Source: an uncultured Opitutales bacterium
Lineage (GTDB): Bacteria; Verrucomicrobiota; Verrucomicrobiia; Opitutales; Intestinicryptomonadaceae
Direction of reading: 5' to 3'
DNA length: 32,000 bases
Assembly: GCA_934660865.1 (NCBI GenBank)
Contig: CAKUIA010000010.1
Span: forward strand, 16,286-48,285
Under the pieces are notes generated by a model that saw only the letters and a program-made list of their open reading frames with translations, was not told where the DNA came from and did no database searches. Each line of letters opens with the position of its first letter. Within the stretch, counting starts at the first letter, position 1. A program made the position numbers and the translations under genes. Of this stretch, positions 1 to 9,359 are shown piece after piece.

Positions 1-96
1 CGGTAATATCGCGCAGGGCGAAAATAGTGTCGGCAAACATGCAGCAAATTTCGGCGGCGGTAGGGCTATACTTCGGCGGAGGGGAATTTTAAACGA

Positions 97-579
97 ATGC
101 AAAATCCGCTGGCTTACTACTTCGAAACTTCGGGCATTGTAGCCTACGCAATGCTTGCGGTGGCGGTTGTTTTATACGGCATTTTGTTTTACCTTATACT
201 GGAGCTTTTCTCGAAAAACAAAGCCGCAAAAAATGTCGGCGCAAAACGGGGTATGTCCTTTTTGCGCAGCGGGCGTTTTGCGTATTTTAAAAGCGTAAAT
301 TTAAGGCTGAAATTGGCGGCCGTTTTGGCGGCGGCTTTGCCCTTGCTGGGGTTGTTGGGAACCGTTTTGGGTATGGAAATTTGTTTTGCCTCCAATACAG
401 ACAGTTTCGACATTGTAGCCCAGGGCGTTTCAAAGGCTTTGCTTACAACGCAGGCGGGTTTGGTGCTGTCGCTGCCGTCGTTTATATTTGTTTTTTGCGC
501 AAAATTTTTAAAGACGCGCCTGGCATTGAATTTGGATAACGCTGTCTTGTTGTGCAAAAAAAACGGGGGTGCGCTATGA
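97..579 (+). CDS. exbB: MotA/TolQ/ExbB-family proton channel, compact at 160 aa
   Basis: ATG at 97 with GGAGGGG about 12 nt upstream. Three hydrophobic segments. Family motif 'LPLLGLLGTVLGM' and a 'LLTTQAGLVLSLP' helix. Followed by exbD and tonB with ATGA overlaps. Confidence 0.8.
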   Translation: MQNPLAYYFETSGIVAYAMLAVAVVLYGILFYLILELFSKNKAAKNVGAKRGMSFLRSGRFAYFKSVNLRLKLAAVLAAALPLLGLLGTVLGMEICFASNTDSFDIVAQGVSKALLTTQAGLVLSLPSFIFVFCAKFLKTRLALNLDNAVLLCKKNGGAL

Positions 580-977
580 TGCGCAGCGATTTAAACGATT
601 CTTTGCGCGGCGACGAAATAAACATTTCGCCCCTTATAGACGTGATGTTTATATTGCTGATATTTTTTGCGGTAACAACGGCGTTTTCGCGCAAAAGCGC
701 CCTGCAGATAGAAAGCCCGCAAGCCACCGAATCGCAGAAGCCGAAAGGCGGCGAAATTACGGTTTTAATAGACAAACTCGGTCGCTACTATTTTGATTGC
801 AAAGAGCAAAGCCTTGCCTTTATAGAAAAACAGTTGGCGCAAAAAGCGAACGAAAACCCCGTCTTGCTGATAGACGCCGACGCCTCTTCGAACGTGCGCG
901 AATTAGTTGCGCTTATGGACGCCGCAAAAAGGGCAAACATCAAAGACGTTTACGTTCTAACCGAAAAGGGAAAATGA
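576..977 (+). CDS. exbD: ExbD/TolR-family biopolymer transport protein
   Basis: Motif 'INISPLIDVMFILLIFF' in a single N-terminal TM helix, typical of ExbD/TolR. I chose the ATG at 576 because it forms an ATGA overlap with the exbB stop (577-579); the ORF track's longer start is 552. Confidence 0.8.
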   Translation: MMRSDLNDSLRGDEINISPLIDVMFILLIFFAVTTAFSRKSALQIESPQATESQKPKGGEITVLIDKLGRYYFDCKEQSLAFIEKQLAQKANENPVLLIDADASSNVRELVALMDAAKRANIKDVYVLTEKGK

Positions 978-1675
978 CTCAAGTTATGCAGGCATTTTTT
1001 ATGCGTTTGGGGAAAATATTGCCCCTTTTGCTTTCGCTTGCGTTTGTGTTTGCTCTGCACTTGCTAGTTTGCAGCCCAATTTCTTCGACTACGGAGGCAA
1101 AAAGGCACAAGCTTTCGTTTTCGCTTATGCAAAAGCCCGAAGCTCCGCACAAAAAACAGCCGTTGCCCGACAAGCCGGCACTGGATATTGCGCCCGAAAA
1201 ATCCGCAAATTTGCAAAAACCCCATTTGGAGGTGGATTTGCGGAAAATGCAAATGCCCTCTCCGCAAATTTCGCTTGCAGGCCGCGGCAAATACGAAGTA
1301 TTCGGCGGCGTTAATGCCGAAGATGCCTCCGACGCATTGCTCCATTCAATTCAGGACGGCGGCGAAAAAAGATATTCAATGCAGATTTTCGAGCTGGCCT
1401 CGCTCGACAAAATTCCCAAAAGGCTTAATTCGGTTAAAATCGACTACCCGAAAAACCTTTTAAAAAGGGGAATACAGGGCACCGTTGTGCTTCTTGTAGT
1501 CATAGACGAAAGGGGCTTTTTAAGCGTGGAAAAAGTCGAAAAAAGCGGGCACGAAGAATTTACCGAAAGTGCAATAAACGCCGCGCAAAAGCTGCGCTAC
1601 GAACCGCCTACAATAGACGGCAAACCCGTAAAGGCGCGCTTTACGCTGCCGATACCCTTTAGGATTTTAAAATGA
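974..1675 (+). CDS. tonB: TonB-family energy transducer (N-terminal TM anchor, Pro/Lys-rich spacer, TonB C-terminal domain)
   Basis: The ATG at 974 overlaps the exbD stop as ATGA. TM helix 'ILPLLLSLAFVFALHLLV', spacer 'KPEAPHKKQPLPDKPALDIAPEK', and a TonB_C-like C-terminus 'YPKNLLKRGIQGTVVLLVVIDERG...RYEPPTIDGKPV'. The 797-973 part of the listed ORF is Arg-rich out-of-frame readthrough of exbD. Confidence 0.72.
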   Translation: MTQVMQAFFMRLGKILPLLLSLAFVFALHLLVCSPISSTTEAKRHKLSFSLMQKPEAPHKKQPLPDKPALDIAPEKSANLQKPHLEVDLRKMQMPSPQISLAGRGKYEVFGGVNAEDASDALLHSIQDGGEKRYSMQIFELASLDKIPKRLNSVKIDYPKNLLKRGIQGTVVLLVVIDERGFLSVEKVEKSGHEEFTESAINAAQKLRYEPPTIDGKPVKARFTLPIPFRILK

Positions 1676-2895
1676 AAAAGACCGTATTTACCATTTTTGC
1701 GCTATTTGCGTTTTTTAGCTCTTTTGCCGATTCTCCGAAAATCGATTCGGCCGAGGCCGCCGTCATAAAAAAGGCGGCCCAGTTTGCCGACAAAAACGAG
1801 GCTTTGGCGTATATGGAAAAATACTGCGAAAATTCGCCCGCAATTCTCTTTAATATGGGCAATATATGCGCAAGCCAAAACGAGCATAAAAAGGCCGTTG
1901 CCTACTACGGGCGCGCCCTTAAAATTATGCCCGAATTTGCAATGGCTTTAAAAAACGCGGCATACGAATGTGCAAGAGACGGCAACTATAAAGAGGCCCT
2001 GCAATACGCCGCAAAGGCGGCAAAAGTGTCTTCGCCAGACGCCGATATGTATAAATGTATTGCGCTTTGCCATATGCAAGGCGGCGATTTTATAAGCGCG
2101 CTTTTTGCCCTAAACAATGCCGTAATGCTGTCTGCAAACGATATTTCGCTAAAGAAAAACAGGCTCTATTGCCTGTCCAGGCTGGGCGAAACCGAAAAGT
2201 GCATAGCCCAGGCAAAAGAGCTTGTTTTGCTCGACAAAAACGATTCGCAAAGCTGGCGCATGCTGTGCGCCGCCTATACAAAATCAGGCGACTACAAAAA
2301 CGCGCTTGCCGCAATAAAAAGCATGCAAAGCTTAAAACTGGCAAACGCCGACGACTATTCCGTTATGGGCGACTTGTATTTTAACCTGCAAATGTATCCG
2401 TTTGCTGTAGACGCCTACAAAAAGGCGGGCAAGGCCGTTGCCCCCGAAAAACTGGGCAGAATTTCGCTTTTGCTTGCAAAGGCGGGCCAATACAATGCGG
2501 CAATCGACATTGCCCCCGACACCTTTTCCGGAAACGCAGCAAAGGGCATTGCCTATAACGGCATTAGTTTATATGCAAACGCCGAAAATGCTTTTGAACG
2601 CGCGTTTTTGCAAACGGCAGAGCCCCCCGCCGAAATTATGTGCCAAATGGGGTATGCCTTGTATTCCCAAAAAAAATATTCGAAAGCCGGATTTTACTAT
2701 TCAAAGGCAGCCCCGGATAAAAACTGCGAAAAAACGGCAAAGACAATGCTTGCAAGAATTGCGGTAGAAAGCGGCGACTATAAAACGGCGCTGCAAATTT
2801 TAACCGGTTTAAAATCGAAATTTAATTCGCAAAAATACGACGACGCCATAGAAAGTTTGGCACGCTATATTAAAGATGAAAAATCTGAAAATTAG
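1672..2895 (+). CDS. Secreted TPR-repeat protein, fourth gene of the ExbB/ExbD/TonB module
   Basis: ATGA overlap with the tonB stop. Signal-peptide-like N-terminus 'MKKTVFTIFALFAFFSSFA'. Repeated A/Y/G-spaced helical units (for example 'KKAVAYYGRALKIMPEFAMALKNAAY', 'YKNALAAIKSMQSL') typical of TPR. Confidence 0.75.
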   Translation: MKKTVFTIFALFAFFSSFADSPKIDSAEAAVIKKAAQFADKNEALAYMEKYCENSPAILFNMGNICASQNEHKKAVAYYGRALKIMPEFAMALKNAAYECARDGNYKEALQYAAKAAKVSSPDADMYKCIALCHMQGGDFISALFALNNAVMLSANDISLKKNRLYCLSRLGETEKCIAQAKELVLLDKNDSQSWRMLCAAYTKSGDYKNALAAIKSMQSLKLANADDYSVMGDLYFNLQMYPFAVDAYKKAGKAVAPEKLGRISLLLAKAGQYNAAIDIAPDTFSGNAAKGIAYNGISLYANAENAFERAFLQTAEPPAEIMCQMGYALYSQKKYSKAGFYYSKAAPDKNCEKTAKTMLARIAVESGDYKTALQILTGLKSKFNSQKYDDAIESLARYIKDEKSEN

Positions 2896-3706
2896 AACGC
2901 CGCACAATTCCGGTTATATAAGTTTGGATACCCCGAAAATTATGGGTATATTAAACTTTACACCCGATTCGTTTTCCGACGGCGGAATGTATTTCGACAA
3001 AAATTCGGCGTTGAAACGCGCCGAGGAAATGCTTTTGCAGGGAGCTGCAATAATAGACTTGGGGGCGGAATCTACGCGGCCCAATTCGTTGCGCATTTCC
3101 GCCGAAGAGGAAATAAAGCGCCTTTCCGAAATTCTGCCCGACTTAAGGAGGCGCTTTCCCGACGCCTGCATTTCGGTAGACACCTACAAGGAAAGCGTTG
3201 CCCGCTACGCAATAGGCGAGGGGGCCGACATTGTAAACGACGTTTTCGGCGGGGCATTCGACGTTGCGCGAAACGAAACTGCAATGTATAAAACCTGCGC
3301 CGAGCTTAAGTGCCCCGTTGTTATAACGCACAACAAGCGGCAAACATCGGCAATAACCGTTGTAAAAGACCTTTTATATTCGGCCGCCTCCGCTATTGAA
3401 TGCGGAGTGTCCAAAAACGACATAATCATAGACTGCGGTTTCGGCTTTAACAAAAATGCCGAAACAAACATCGACATATTGAAAAATATATGCGACTATT
3501 CCGAACTGGATTATCCGCACCTGCTTGGCGTTTCCAGGAAGTCTACGCTTGGTAAAATTGCCGGCGGCGATATAGGCTGTTTGGATTATGCCACGCTGGC
3601 TTCCTACGCCTTTGCGCTGGCAAAAGGCGGGGCGGATATTTTTAGAACACACAATGTAAGGGCGGCAAAAATTTGCCTGGACTTGTTTTTGCTGCAAAAC
3701 AAATAG
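2876..3706 (+). CDS. folP: Dihydropteroate synthase
   Basis: Signature 'IMGILNFTPDSFSDGG', 'IIDLGAESTRP', 'ISVDTYK', 'IVNDV'. Overlaps the TPR gene end by 20 nt. Confidence 0.9.
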   Translation: MKNLKIRTPHNSGYISLDTPKIMGILNFTPDSFSDGGMYFDKNSALKRAEEMLLQGAAIIDLGAESTRPNSLRISAEEEIKRLSEILPDLRRRFPDACISVDTYKESVARYAIGEGADIVNDVFGGAFDVARNETAMYKTCAELKCPVVITHNKRQTSAITVVKDLLYSAASAIECGVSKNDIIIDCGFGFNKNAETNIDILKNICDYSELDYPHLLGVSRKSTLGKIAGGDIGCLDYATLASYAFALAKGGADIFRTHNVRAAKICLDLFLLQNK

Positions 3707-3712
3707 CGTAAA

Positions 3713-4075
3713 ATGGACGAGCTTATTTTAGAGGGAATTATAGCCTCGGGCAGCTGCGGCTGCACCGAGGAGGAAAAGCTGCACGCGCAGGACTTTAGCA
3801 TATCGCTAAGGCTTTGCTTCGATTTTTGCGAATGTGTAAAAAGCGATTCGCTTGCCGACAGCGTAGACTACCCGAGCGTTGTAGAATGTGTAAGGCGCAC
3901 CGTTGCAAACACCCGCTACAATTTAATAGAAAGCCTTGCCGAAAAAATCGCGCAGGATTTGCTTTTAAATTTCGGGAAAGTCCATGGTGTGGAATTGCAG
4001 CTGCGCAAGCTTTTGTGCGAAAAAAATTTCGGCCTTTCGAAAATCGCGGTAAAAATAAACAGGCACAGGCAATGA
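3713..4075 (+). CDS. folB: Dihydroneopterin aldolase
   Basis: About 120 aa. 'GCTEEEKLHAQDFSISLRL', 'DSLADSVDYPSV', 'YNLIESLAEKIAQDLL' match the FolB pattern. Lies between folP and folK. Confidence 0.8.
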   Translation: MDELILEGIIASGSCGCTEEEKLHAQDFSISLRLCFDFCECVKSDSLADSVDYPSVVECVRRTVANTRYNLIESLAEKIAQDLLLNFGKVHGVELQLRKLLCEKNFGLSKIAVKINRHRQ

Positions 4076-4554
4076 CATACTGCGTAATAGCAATGGGCTC
4101 GAATATGGGCGACAGGCTCGCAAATTTGCAAAACGCGCTTGCGGCGCTGTCCGAAAAGGTCGGCATTTTAAAAAAGTCGCGCATATACGAAACAAAGCCC
4201 GTAGGCTATCTCGACCAGGGAGATTTCCTTAACGGGGCCATTTTCGGAACCACGCTATGCACGCCTTTCGAGCTGCTTTGCTTTTTAAAGCAAATAGAGA
4301 AAAAAATGGGGCGCGCCAACACGTTTAGAAACGCCCCGCGCCCCATAGATTTGGACATAATTTTTTACGGCGAAGTGCGCATAAATATGCGCTCGTTAAA
4401 AATTCCGCACATTCAGTGGCGGCAGCGGCAGTTTGTATATGTTCCCTTAAGGGACTTTTGCGAAGATGCGGCTTTTGCCGCCGCCTTTCCATTCGAACGC
4501 GAAATAATAAAAGTTTTGCCTAAAAGCGAAATATTTGCAAAATACGAAATGTAA
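4072..4554 (+). CDS. folK: 2-amino-4-hydroxy-6-hydroxymethyldihydropteridine pyrophosphokinase (HPPK)
   Basis: The ATG at 4072 overlaps the folB stop as ATGA. 'CVIAMGSNMGDRLANL', 'SRIYETKPVGY', 'RPIDLDIIFYG'. The 3814-4071 part of the listed ORF is out-of-frame over folB. Confidence 0.87.
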   Translation: MTYCVIAMGSNMGDRLANLQNALAALSEKVGILKKSRIYETKPVGYLDQGDFLNGAIFGTTLCTPFELLCFLKQIEKKMGRANTFRNAPRPIDLDIIFYGEVRINMRSLKIPHIQWRQRQFVYVPLRDFCEDAAFAAAFPFEREIIKVLPKSEIFAKYEM

Positions 4555-4559
4555 AGATT

Positions 4560-5243
4560 ATGGGAACGCTTTTTATTGTACCTACGCCTATAGGCAATTT
4601 ACAAGACCTGTCGGAAAGGGCGGCAAAAACAATTCGGGAATGCGACATTGTAGCCTGCGAAGACACCAGGGTTAGCTCGAAGCTTACCGCGCACCTGGGC
4701 GTTTCGAAAGAATTTGTCGTGTATTCCGACGTGCGCGAAGCCGCAAACGCCGACTACCTTTTGCAGAAACTGCAGGCCGACAAAAACGTGGCTTTAGTTT
4801 CCGACGCAGGCACCCCCTGCATAAGCGATCCCGGCTTTAGAATTGTGCGCTTGTGCCGCAAAAACCAAATTCGGGTTGTGCCGCTTGCGGGCCCTTGCGC
4901 ATTTACAACGGCCCTAAGCGCTTCGGGGCTGCCCACAAACGCCTTTTTGTTTTTGGGTTTTTTGCCGCCAAAAACCTCGGCAAGAATTGCGTGCTTTAAA
5001 AAATACGCCAATAGCGAGCACACTCTTATATTCTACGAATCTGTGCACAGAATAACAAAGTTTGTAGACGACGCCCTTGAAGTTTTTGGCCCGAACCGTG
5101 CAATTTGCATAGCAAAAGAGCTTACAAAAATGCACGAGCGCTTTTTTACCGGAAGCATTGAAAGCGTGCGTCAAGAGCTTTTAAAAAGCTCGGTTAAGGG
5201 CGAATTTGTGGTTATAATCGCACCCGAAGGATACCAAATATGA
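4560..5243 (+). CDS. rsmI: 16S rRNA (cytidine1402-2'-O)-methyltransferase
   Basis: 'GTLFIVPTPIGNLQDLSERA', 'VACEDTRVS', 'ALVSDAGTPCISDPG' are classic RsmI/tetrapyrrole-methylase-fold motifs. Confidence 0.9.
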   Translation: MGTLFIVPTPIGNLQDLSERAAKTIRECDIVACEDTRVSSKLTAHLGVSKEFVVYSDVREAANADYLLQKLQADKNVALVSDAGTPCISDPGFRIVRLCRKNQIRVVPLAGPCAFTTALSASGLPTNAFLFLGFLPPKTSARIACFKKYANSEHTLIFYESVHRITKFVDDALEVFGPNRAICIAKELTKMHERFFTGSIESVRQELLKSSVKGEFVVIIAPEGYQI

Positions 5244-6136
5244 ACGAATATGTTTTGGCGGTAGACATTGGCTCGAACACAATAAAGTGCCTGTTCGCAA
5301 AAAAGGCGGCCTTGTCTATCAGGGAAATTTTTACAAATACCGCCAATTTTAGAATTTGCGGCAAAAGCGGGCTTGTTGAAAACGCAAAAGAGCTTATCGT
5401 TCGGGCAATTTCGGAGTTTGTGGAGCTTGCAAAAAAAGAGTGCGAAAATTTCGACATAATCGCGTGCGCTACCTCCGCATTAAGGGGGGCGAAAAACGCC
5501 GACGAGATTTGCAAATATGTCTACGAAAAGTGCGGCGTGAAAATAAACGTAATTTCGGGGCAAACCGAGGCAATGCTTTCAATGTCGGGGGCATTGTCGG
5601 ATTCTGCGCTGCCAAAATTCGACAAATGCGTGTTTTTCGACTTGGGCGGCGGCAGCATGGAGTGCGGCTATTGCGAAAACGGCAGGCCCGAAAAGGCTAT
5701 TTCCGTTCCCATAGGGGCGGTAAGGCTTACAAAGCGGTTTATAGAAAACCCGCAAATGCCCGTTTCGGAGGAGACGATTTTAAAGATAAACGACTATTGC
5801 CTTGCGCAACTTGGCGCCGCCGATTTTAAGTCGCACAACAAGTGCGTTATAGCCACGGGCGGGGCGGTGGCGGCGGCGCGTTTAATGCAAAAAACGCCGA
5901 ACTCTTTGCCGCTGGAGCTTGGGCAGCTAAAATTTGCGCTAAAGAAAATCGCGGCATGCTCGGCAAAAGAGCGCTCCGAAAAATACGGCATAGAGCCCGC
6001 GCGTTCCGACATAATTGCGGCGGCTTTTACCTGCATATTGGCAGCCCTAGAGCATTTCGACGCCGACAAAATTTACTACACCAGAAAAAGCCTAAGGTGG
6101 GGCATGTGTATGGAGCATTTTAGGGGCTGTTTTTGA
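5240..6136 (+). CDS. Ppx/GppA-family phosphatase (actin-like ATPase fold, N-terminal two domains only, 298 aa)
   Basis: ATGA overlap with rsmI. 'LAVDIGSNTIKCLF', 'FFDLGGGSMEC', 'ATGGAV' phosphate-binding motifs of Ppx/GppA. No HD-type C-terminal domain. Confidence 0.78.
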   Translation: MNEYVLAVDIGSNTIKCLFAKKAALSIREIFTNTANFRICGKSGLVENAKELIVRAISEFVELAKKECENFDIIACATSALRGAKNADEICKYVYEKCGVKINVISGQTEAMLSMSGALSDSALPKFDKCVFFDLGGGSMECGYCENGRPEKAISVPIGAVRLTKRFIENPQMPVSEETILKINDYCLAQLGAADFKSHNKCVIATGGAVAAARLMQKTPNSLPLELGQLKFALKKIAACSAKERSEKYGIEPARSDIIAAAFTCILAALEHFDADKIYYTRKSLRWGMCMEHFRGCF

Positions 6137-6182
6137 TTTTGACATTTGCCTGCAAATGTAGAAACTTTTACCCCATATAATT

Positions 6183-7187
6183 ATGTTTGTAGACGAAGCA
6201 CATATCAGATTGAAGGCGGGCGACGGCGGCAACGGGATAGCCAGCTTTAGGAGGGAAAAATATATCCCCTTCGGCGGGCCCGACGGCGGCGACGGCGGCA
6301 ACGGCGGCAGCATATACGCGCTGTGCGACGAAAACGTCGGCGATTTGGAGCGCTTTAGATATACTCCGTTCTACAAGGCCGGCGACGGCAAAAAAGGCCA
6401 AAGCCGCCAAAAAACGGGCGAATGCGGCAAAGATGTGCGCGTGCATTTTCCCCCCGGAACCGTCTTTATAAATCCCGAAACGGGCGATGTCGTTTGCGAA
6501 CTGCTTAGCCACGGGCAGGAAATTTTGTTGCTAAAAGGCGGCAAGGGCGGCTTGGGCAACCTGCATTTTAAAAGCTCGGTAAACCAGGCTCCGCGCCAGC
6601 ACACAATGGGCGAAGAGGGGCAGTACGGCGAGTTCGACATAGTTTTAAAAACCATTTCAGATGTGGGTTTGGTGGGTTTCCCCAATGCGGGCAAATCTTC
6701 GCTAATGCACATTATGACAATGGCAAGGCCGAAGGTTGCAAGCTACCCGTTTACAACGCTGCACGTAAATGTGGGCATTATAAAATACCCCGACACCTAC
6801 GACTTTGTAAGCGTAGCCGACATTCCCGGTCTAATAGAGGGCGCTTCGGAAAACAAGGGTTTGGGCCACAAGTTTTTGCGCCATATAGAAAGGTGCAAAA
6901 CCGTGCTGTTTATGCTCGACATGGCGGGCACCGACAACCGCAAGCCCGTAGACGACTACGAAAGCCTGCTAAAAGAGCTTGCCTTGTATAACGAAGACCT
7001 GCTTAAAAAACCCAGGCTTGTAGCCGCCAACAAGATGGACGAGGAAAGCGCCGCAAAAAACCTTAAGGCATTTAAAAAGAAGTATCCTTTGGTAGACGTA
7101 ATTCCCGTTTCGTGCCTTACAAACGAGGGCTTGGACACCTTAAAAAGCGCAATATACAACTCCGTAAAAGCCAAAAACAATTTGTAG
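6183..7187 (+). CDS. obg: GTPase Obg/CgtA
   Basis: '[42 protein letters not shown]' is the Obg fold. G motifs 'GFPNAGKSS', '[10 protein letters not shown]', 'NKMD'. Confidence 0.95.
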   Translation: MFVDEAHIRLKAGDGGNGIASFRREKYIPFGGPDGGDGGNGGSIYALCDENVGDLERFRYTPFYKAGDGKKGQSRQKTGECGKDVRVHFPPGTVFINPETGDVVCELLSHGQEILLLKGGKGGLGNLHFKSSVNQAPRQHTMGEEGQYGEFDIVLKTISDVGLVGFPNAGKSSLMHIMTMARPKVASYPFTTLHVNVGIIKYPDTYDFVSVADIPGLIEGASENKGLGHKFLRHIERCKTVLFMLDMAGTDNRKPVDDYESLLKELALYNEDLLKKPRLVAANKMDEESAAKNLKAFKKKYPLVDVIPVSCLTNEGLDTLKSAIYNSVKAKNNL

Positions 7188-7192
7188 ACGAT

Positions 7193-8539
7193 ATGAAGCA
7201 AAGAACCATAAACAGGGAAGTTTCGATTAGCGGCAAGGCGCTGCACTCGGGCGTAGACGTAACGCTTACACTAAAGCCCGCCCCCGAAAATACGGGCATA
7301 GTTTTCAGGCGCAAAGACCTTTACGGCAAGCCCGAAATAAAACCGTCTATCACCCTTATAGGCACCGACTTGATTCGCAACACGGGCGTTAGCGACGGCA
7401 ATGTTTCGCTGCATACAATCGAGCACGTAATGTCGGCGCTAAACGGCATGAATATCGACAATGTTATAGTCGAAATGAACGCCGCAGAACCCCCCATTTT
7501 AGACGGTTCGGCGAAATACTTTGTAAACTTAATACAGCAGGCGGAACCCATAGAGCAAAACGCCGAGCGCGAATACTATTCTCTTAAAAGCCCGATTTCG
7601 GTAACCGACGGCAACCGCTCGCTTATTGCGCTGCCGTACGACGGCCTAAAAATTACATGCACTTCGGCCGACGACAGGGGCATTCACACCCAGCACTTGT
7701 CGGTAGATTTGTATCCCGATTTCTACCAGTCCGACATTGCGCCTTCGCGCACGTTTACCGTTTACGAAGACATAGAGCCTTTGCTTAAAATGGGCAAAAT
7801 TCAGGGCGGCAGTTTGGATTCGGCAATAGTAATTAAAGGCGACAAGATTTTGTCGAAAGAGCCCCTGCGTTTTCAGGACGAGTTTGTGCGCCACAAGATT
7901 TTAGACCTTATGGGCGATTTGGCGCTGCTCGGCAAAAAGCTTAAGGCGCACATAATCGCGGTGCGCCCCGGACATTCGCTTAACGCAAAGCTTACAAAGG
8001 CAATTTACGAGCAAATGACGGCCGTTCCCGCCGAAGAACATTCGGCTCCCGCAAAGTCGCTTTCGCCGAAGGTAAAGATGTTTACCGAAGAGGTATTGGA
8101 TTCGCGCCGCATTTTGGATTTGCTGCCGCACAGATACCCCTTTGTAATGATAGACAAAGTCGTTAAGGTAAGCCCCGACAATATGTCGCTTACGGCGATA
8201 AAAAACGTTACAATCAACGAACCCTATTTTCAGGGGCACTTCCCGGGCAACCCCGTAATGCCGGGGGTATTGCAGCTCGAGGCAATGGCGCAGGCGGCGG
8301 GCGTGCTTATGCTAAGGCACGTTAACGGCGAAAACAAAATAGCGTATTTTATGAGCGCCGACAACGTAAAGTTCCGCAACACGGTAAAGCCCGGCGACCA
8401 AATTCAAATAGACGTGAAAATAACGAAAACGCGCGGCGAAAAATTTGCGTGCGCAACGGCCGAATGCAGCGTAGACGGCAAGACGGTTTCTTCGGCCGAA
8501 ATTATGTTCGCAATAGTTGCCGCCCCCGAAACGGTTTAA
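7193..8539 (+). CDS. lpxC/fabZ: Bifunctional UDP-3-O-acyl-GlcNAc deacetylase / 3-hydroxyacyl-ACP dehydratase (LpxC-FabZ fusion)
   Basis: LpxC half: '[17 protein letters not shown]', 'NTGIVFRR', '[10 protein letters not shown]', '[13 protein letters not shown]'. FabZ half: '[13 protein letters not shown]', '[22 protein letters not shown]'. The ATG at 7193 lies just after the obg stop; the listed start 7112 overlaps obg. Confidence 0.95.
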   Translation: MKQRTINREVSISGKALHSGVDVTLTLKPAPENTGIVFRRKDLYGKPEIKPSITLIGTDLIRNTGVSDGNVSLHTIEHVMSALNGMNIDNVIVEMNAAEPPILDGSAKYFVNLIQQAEPIEQNAEREYYSLKSPISVTDGNRSLIALPYDGLKITCTSADDRGIHTQHLSVDLYPDFYQSDIAPSRTFTVYEDIEPLLKMGKIQGGSLDSAIVIKGDKILSKEPLRFQDEFVRHKILDLMGDLALLGKKLKAHIIAVRPGHSLNAKLTKAIYEQMTAVPAEEHSAPAKSLSPKVKMFTEEVLDSRRILDLLPHRYPFVMIDKVVKVSPDNMSLTAIKNVTINEPYFQGHFPGNPVMPGVLQLEAMAQAAGVLMLRHVNGENKIAYFMSADNVKFRNTVKPGDQIQIDVKITKTRGEKFACATAECSVDGKTVSSAEIMFAIVAAPETV

Positions 8540-8563
8540 CGAATTTAGCAATAGATAGCGGTT

Positions 8564-9340
8564 ATGACAAAAATACACCCCACTGCCATTATTGAAAAGG
8601 GCGCGCAGCTCGACGACAACGTTCAGGTAGGCGCCTACGCCTATATAGGCGCAAGCGTGAAAATAGGCGCAGGTAGCGTAATTGCGCACCATGCAACGGT
8701 AGACGGCCTCACCGAAATGGGCGAAAACAACCAGGTTTTCCCCTATGCGTTTATAGGCGGCAAAACGCACGACCTTAAGTTTGTAGGCGGCACTCCAGGG
8801 CTTAAAATAGGCTCGGGCAATGTGTTTAGGGAATATACAACCGCGCACTGCGCCACAAAAGACGGCGAAAACACCATAGTTGGCGACAACAACAACATTT
8901 TGGCATACAGCCACATTGCGCACGACTGCATTGTGGGCAACTACATTGTTATGAGCGCGCATGCCGCTTTGGGCGGGCATGTTAAGATTGAAGACCACGC
9001 CGTGATAGGCTGGGGCAGCGGCGTCCACCAGTTTTGCAGAATAGGCGCGTATGCAATGCTTAGCGCGTCTTCTAAACTTGTAAAAGACTTGCCTCCCTTC
9101 TTTATGGCCGACGGTTCTCCCGCCGCAGTTTGCGCAATAAACAAGGTTAATATGCAAAGAAACGCCTACACCGTTGCCGAAATAGACTTGGCCTTTAGCG
9201 CGTTTAAAATAATCTACAAACGCCACTATGCGCGCCCGCAGGCCATAGAGGAGTTGCGCAAGCACCCCGAAGCTTCCGACAGGGTGCTTCAGGCAATAAT
9301 ACATTTTGCCGAAAATTCCACCGAACGCGGATTGCTGTAA
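8564..9340 (+). CDS. lpxA: Acyl-ACP:UDP-N-acetylglucosamine O-acyltransferase
   Basis: 'IHPTAIIEKGAQLDDNVQVGAYAYIGASVKIG' hexapeptide left-handed beta-helix repeats plus a helical C-terminus. Adjacent to lpxC/fabZ. Confidence 0.92.
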   Translation: MTKIHPTAIIEKGAQLDDNVQVGAYAYIGASVKIGAGSVIAHHATVDGLTEMGENNQVFPYAFIGGKTHDLKFVGGTPGLKIGSGNVFREYTTAHCATKDGENTIVGDNNNILAYSHIAHDCIVGNYIVMSAHAALGGHVKIEDHAVIGWGSGVHQFCRIGAYAMLSASSKLVKDLPPFFMADGSPAAVCAINKVNMQRNAYTVAEIDLAFSAFKIIYKRHYARPQAIEELRKHPEASDRVLQAIIHFAENSTERGLL

Positions 9341-9359
9341 ATTTCAACGCATAGTATTC

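Noticed and set aside
1-96. A possible 3' end of an upstream gene at the left window edge; frame 3 is open from position 3 to a TAA at 90-92.
   Set aside because: Only about 29 codons are visible with no recognisable motif, so a CDS cannot be told apart from a non-coding leader of exbB.
797-973. Long N-terminal extensions in the ORF track for tonB (797), folK (3814), lpxC/fabZ (7112), ftsQ (18746, GTG), sixA (10887) and ftsZ-like (16633, TTG).
   Set aside because: Each extension overlaps the upstream gene or the upstream terminator hairpin, in an Arg-rich or otherwise non-homologous frame. An internal ATG giving an ATGA or TAATG junction, or a short gap, matches the expected N-terminus of each family.
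6139-6181. Perfect TTGACA and TATAAT hexamers upstream of obg, which look like a sigma-70 promoter.
   Set aside because: The hexamers are 31 nt apart, where 16-18 are required, and the TATAAT abuts the start codon. I did not call a promoter and mention it only in connection with the dyad between them.
8312-9304. A 330-aa ORF on the minus strand covering almost all of lpxA.
   Set aside because: It is antisense to a confidently identified hexapeptide-repeat gene. Its product is a low-complexity, Val/Ala/Arg/Asn-rich mirror of the beta-helix repeats with no recognisable motifs. Long antisense ORFs are a known by-product of such periodic genes.
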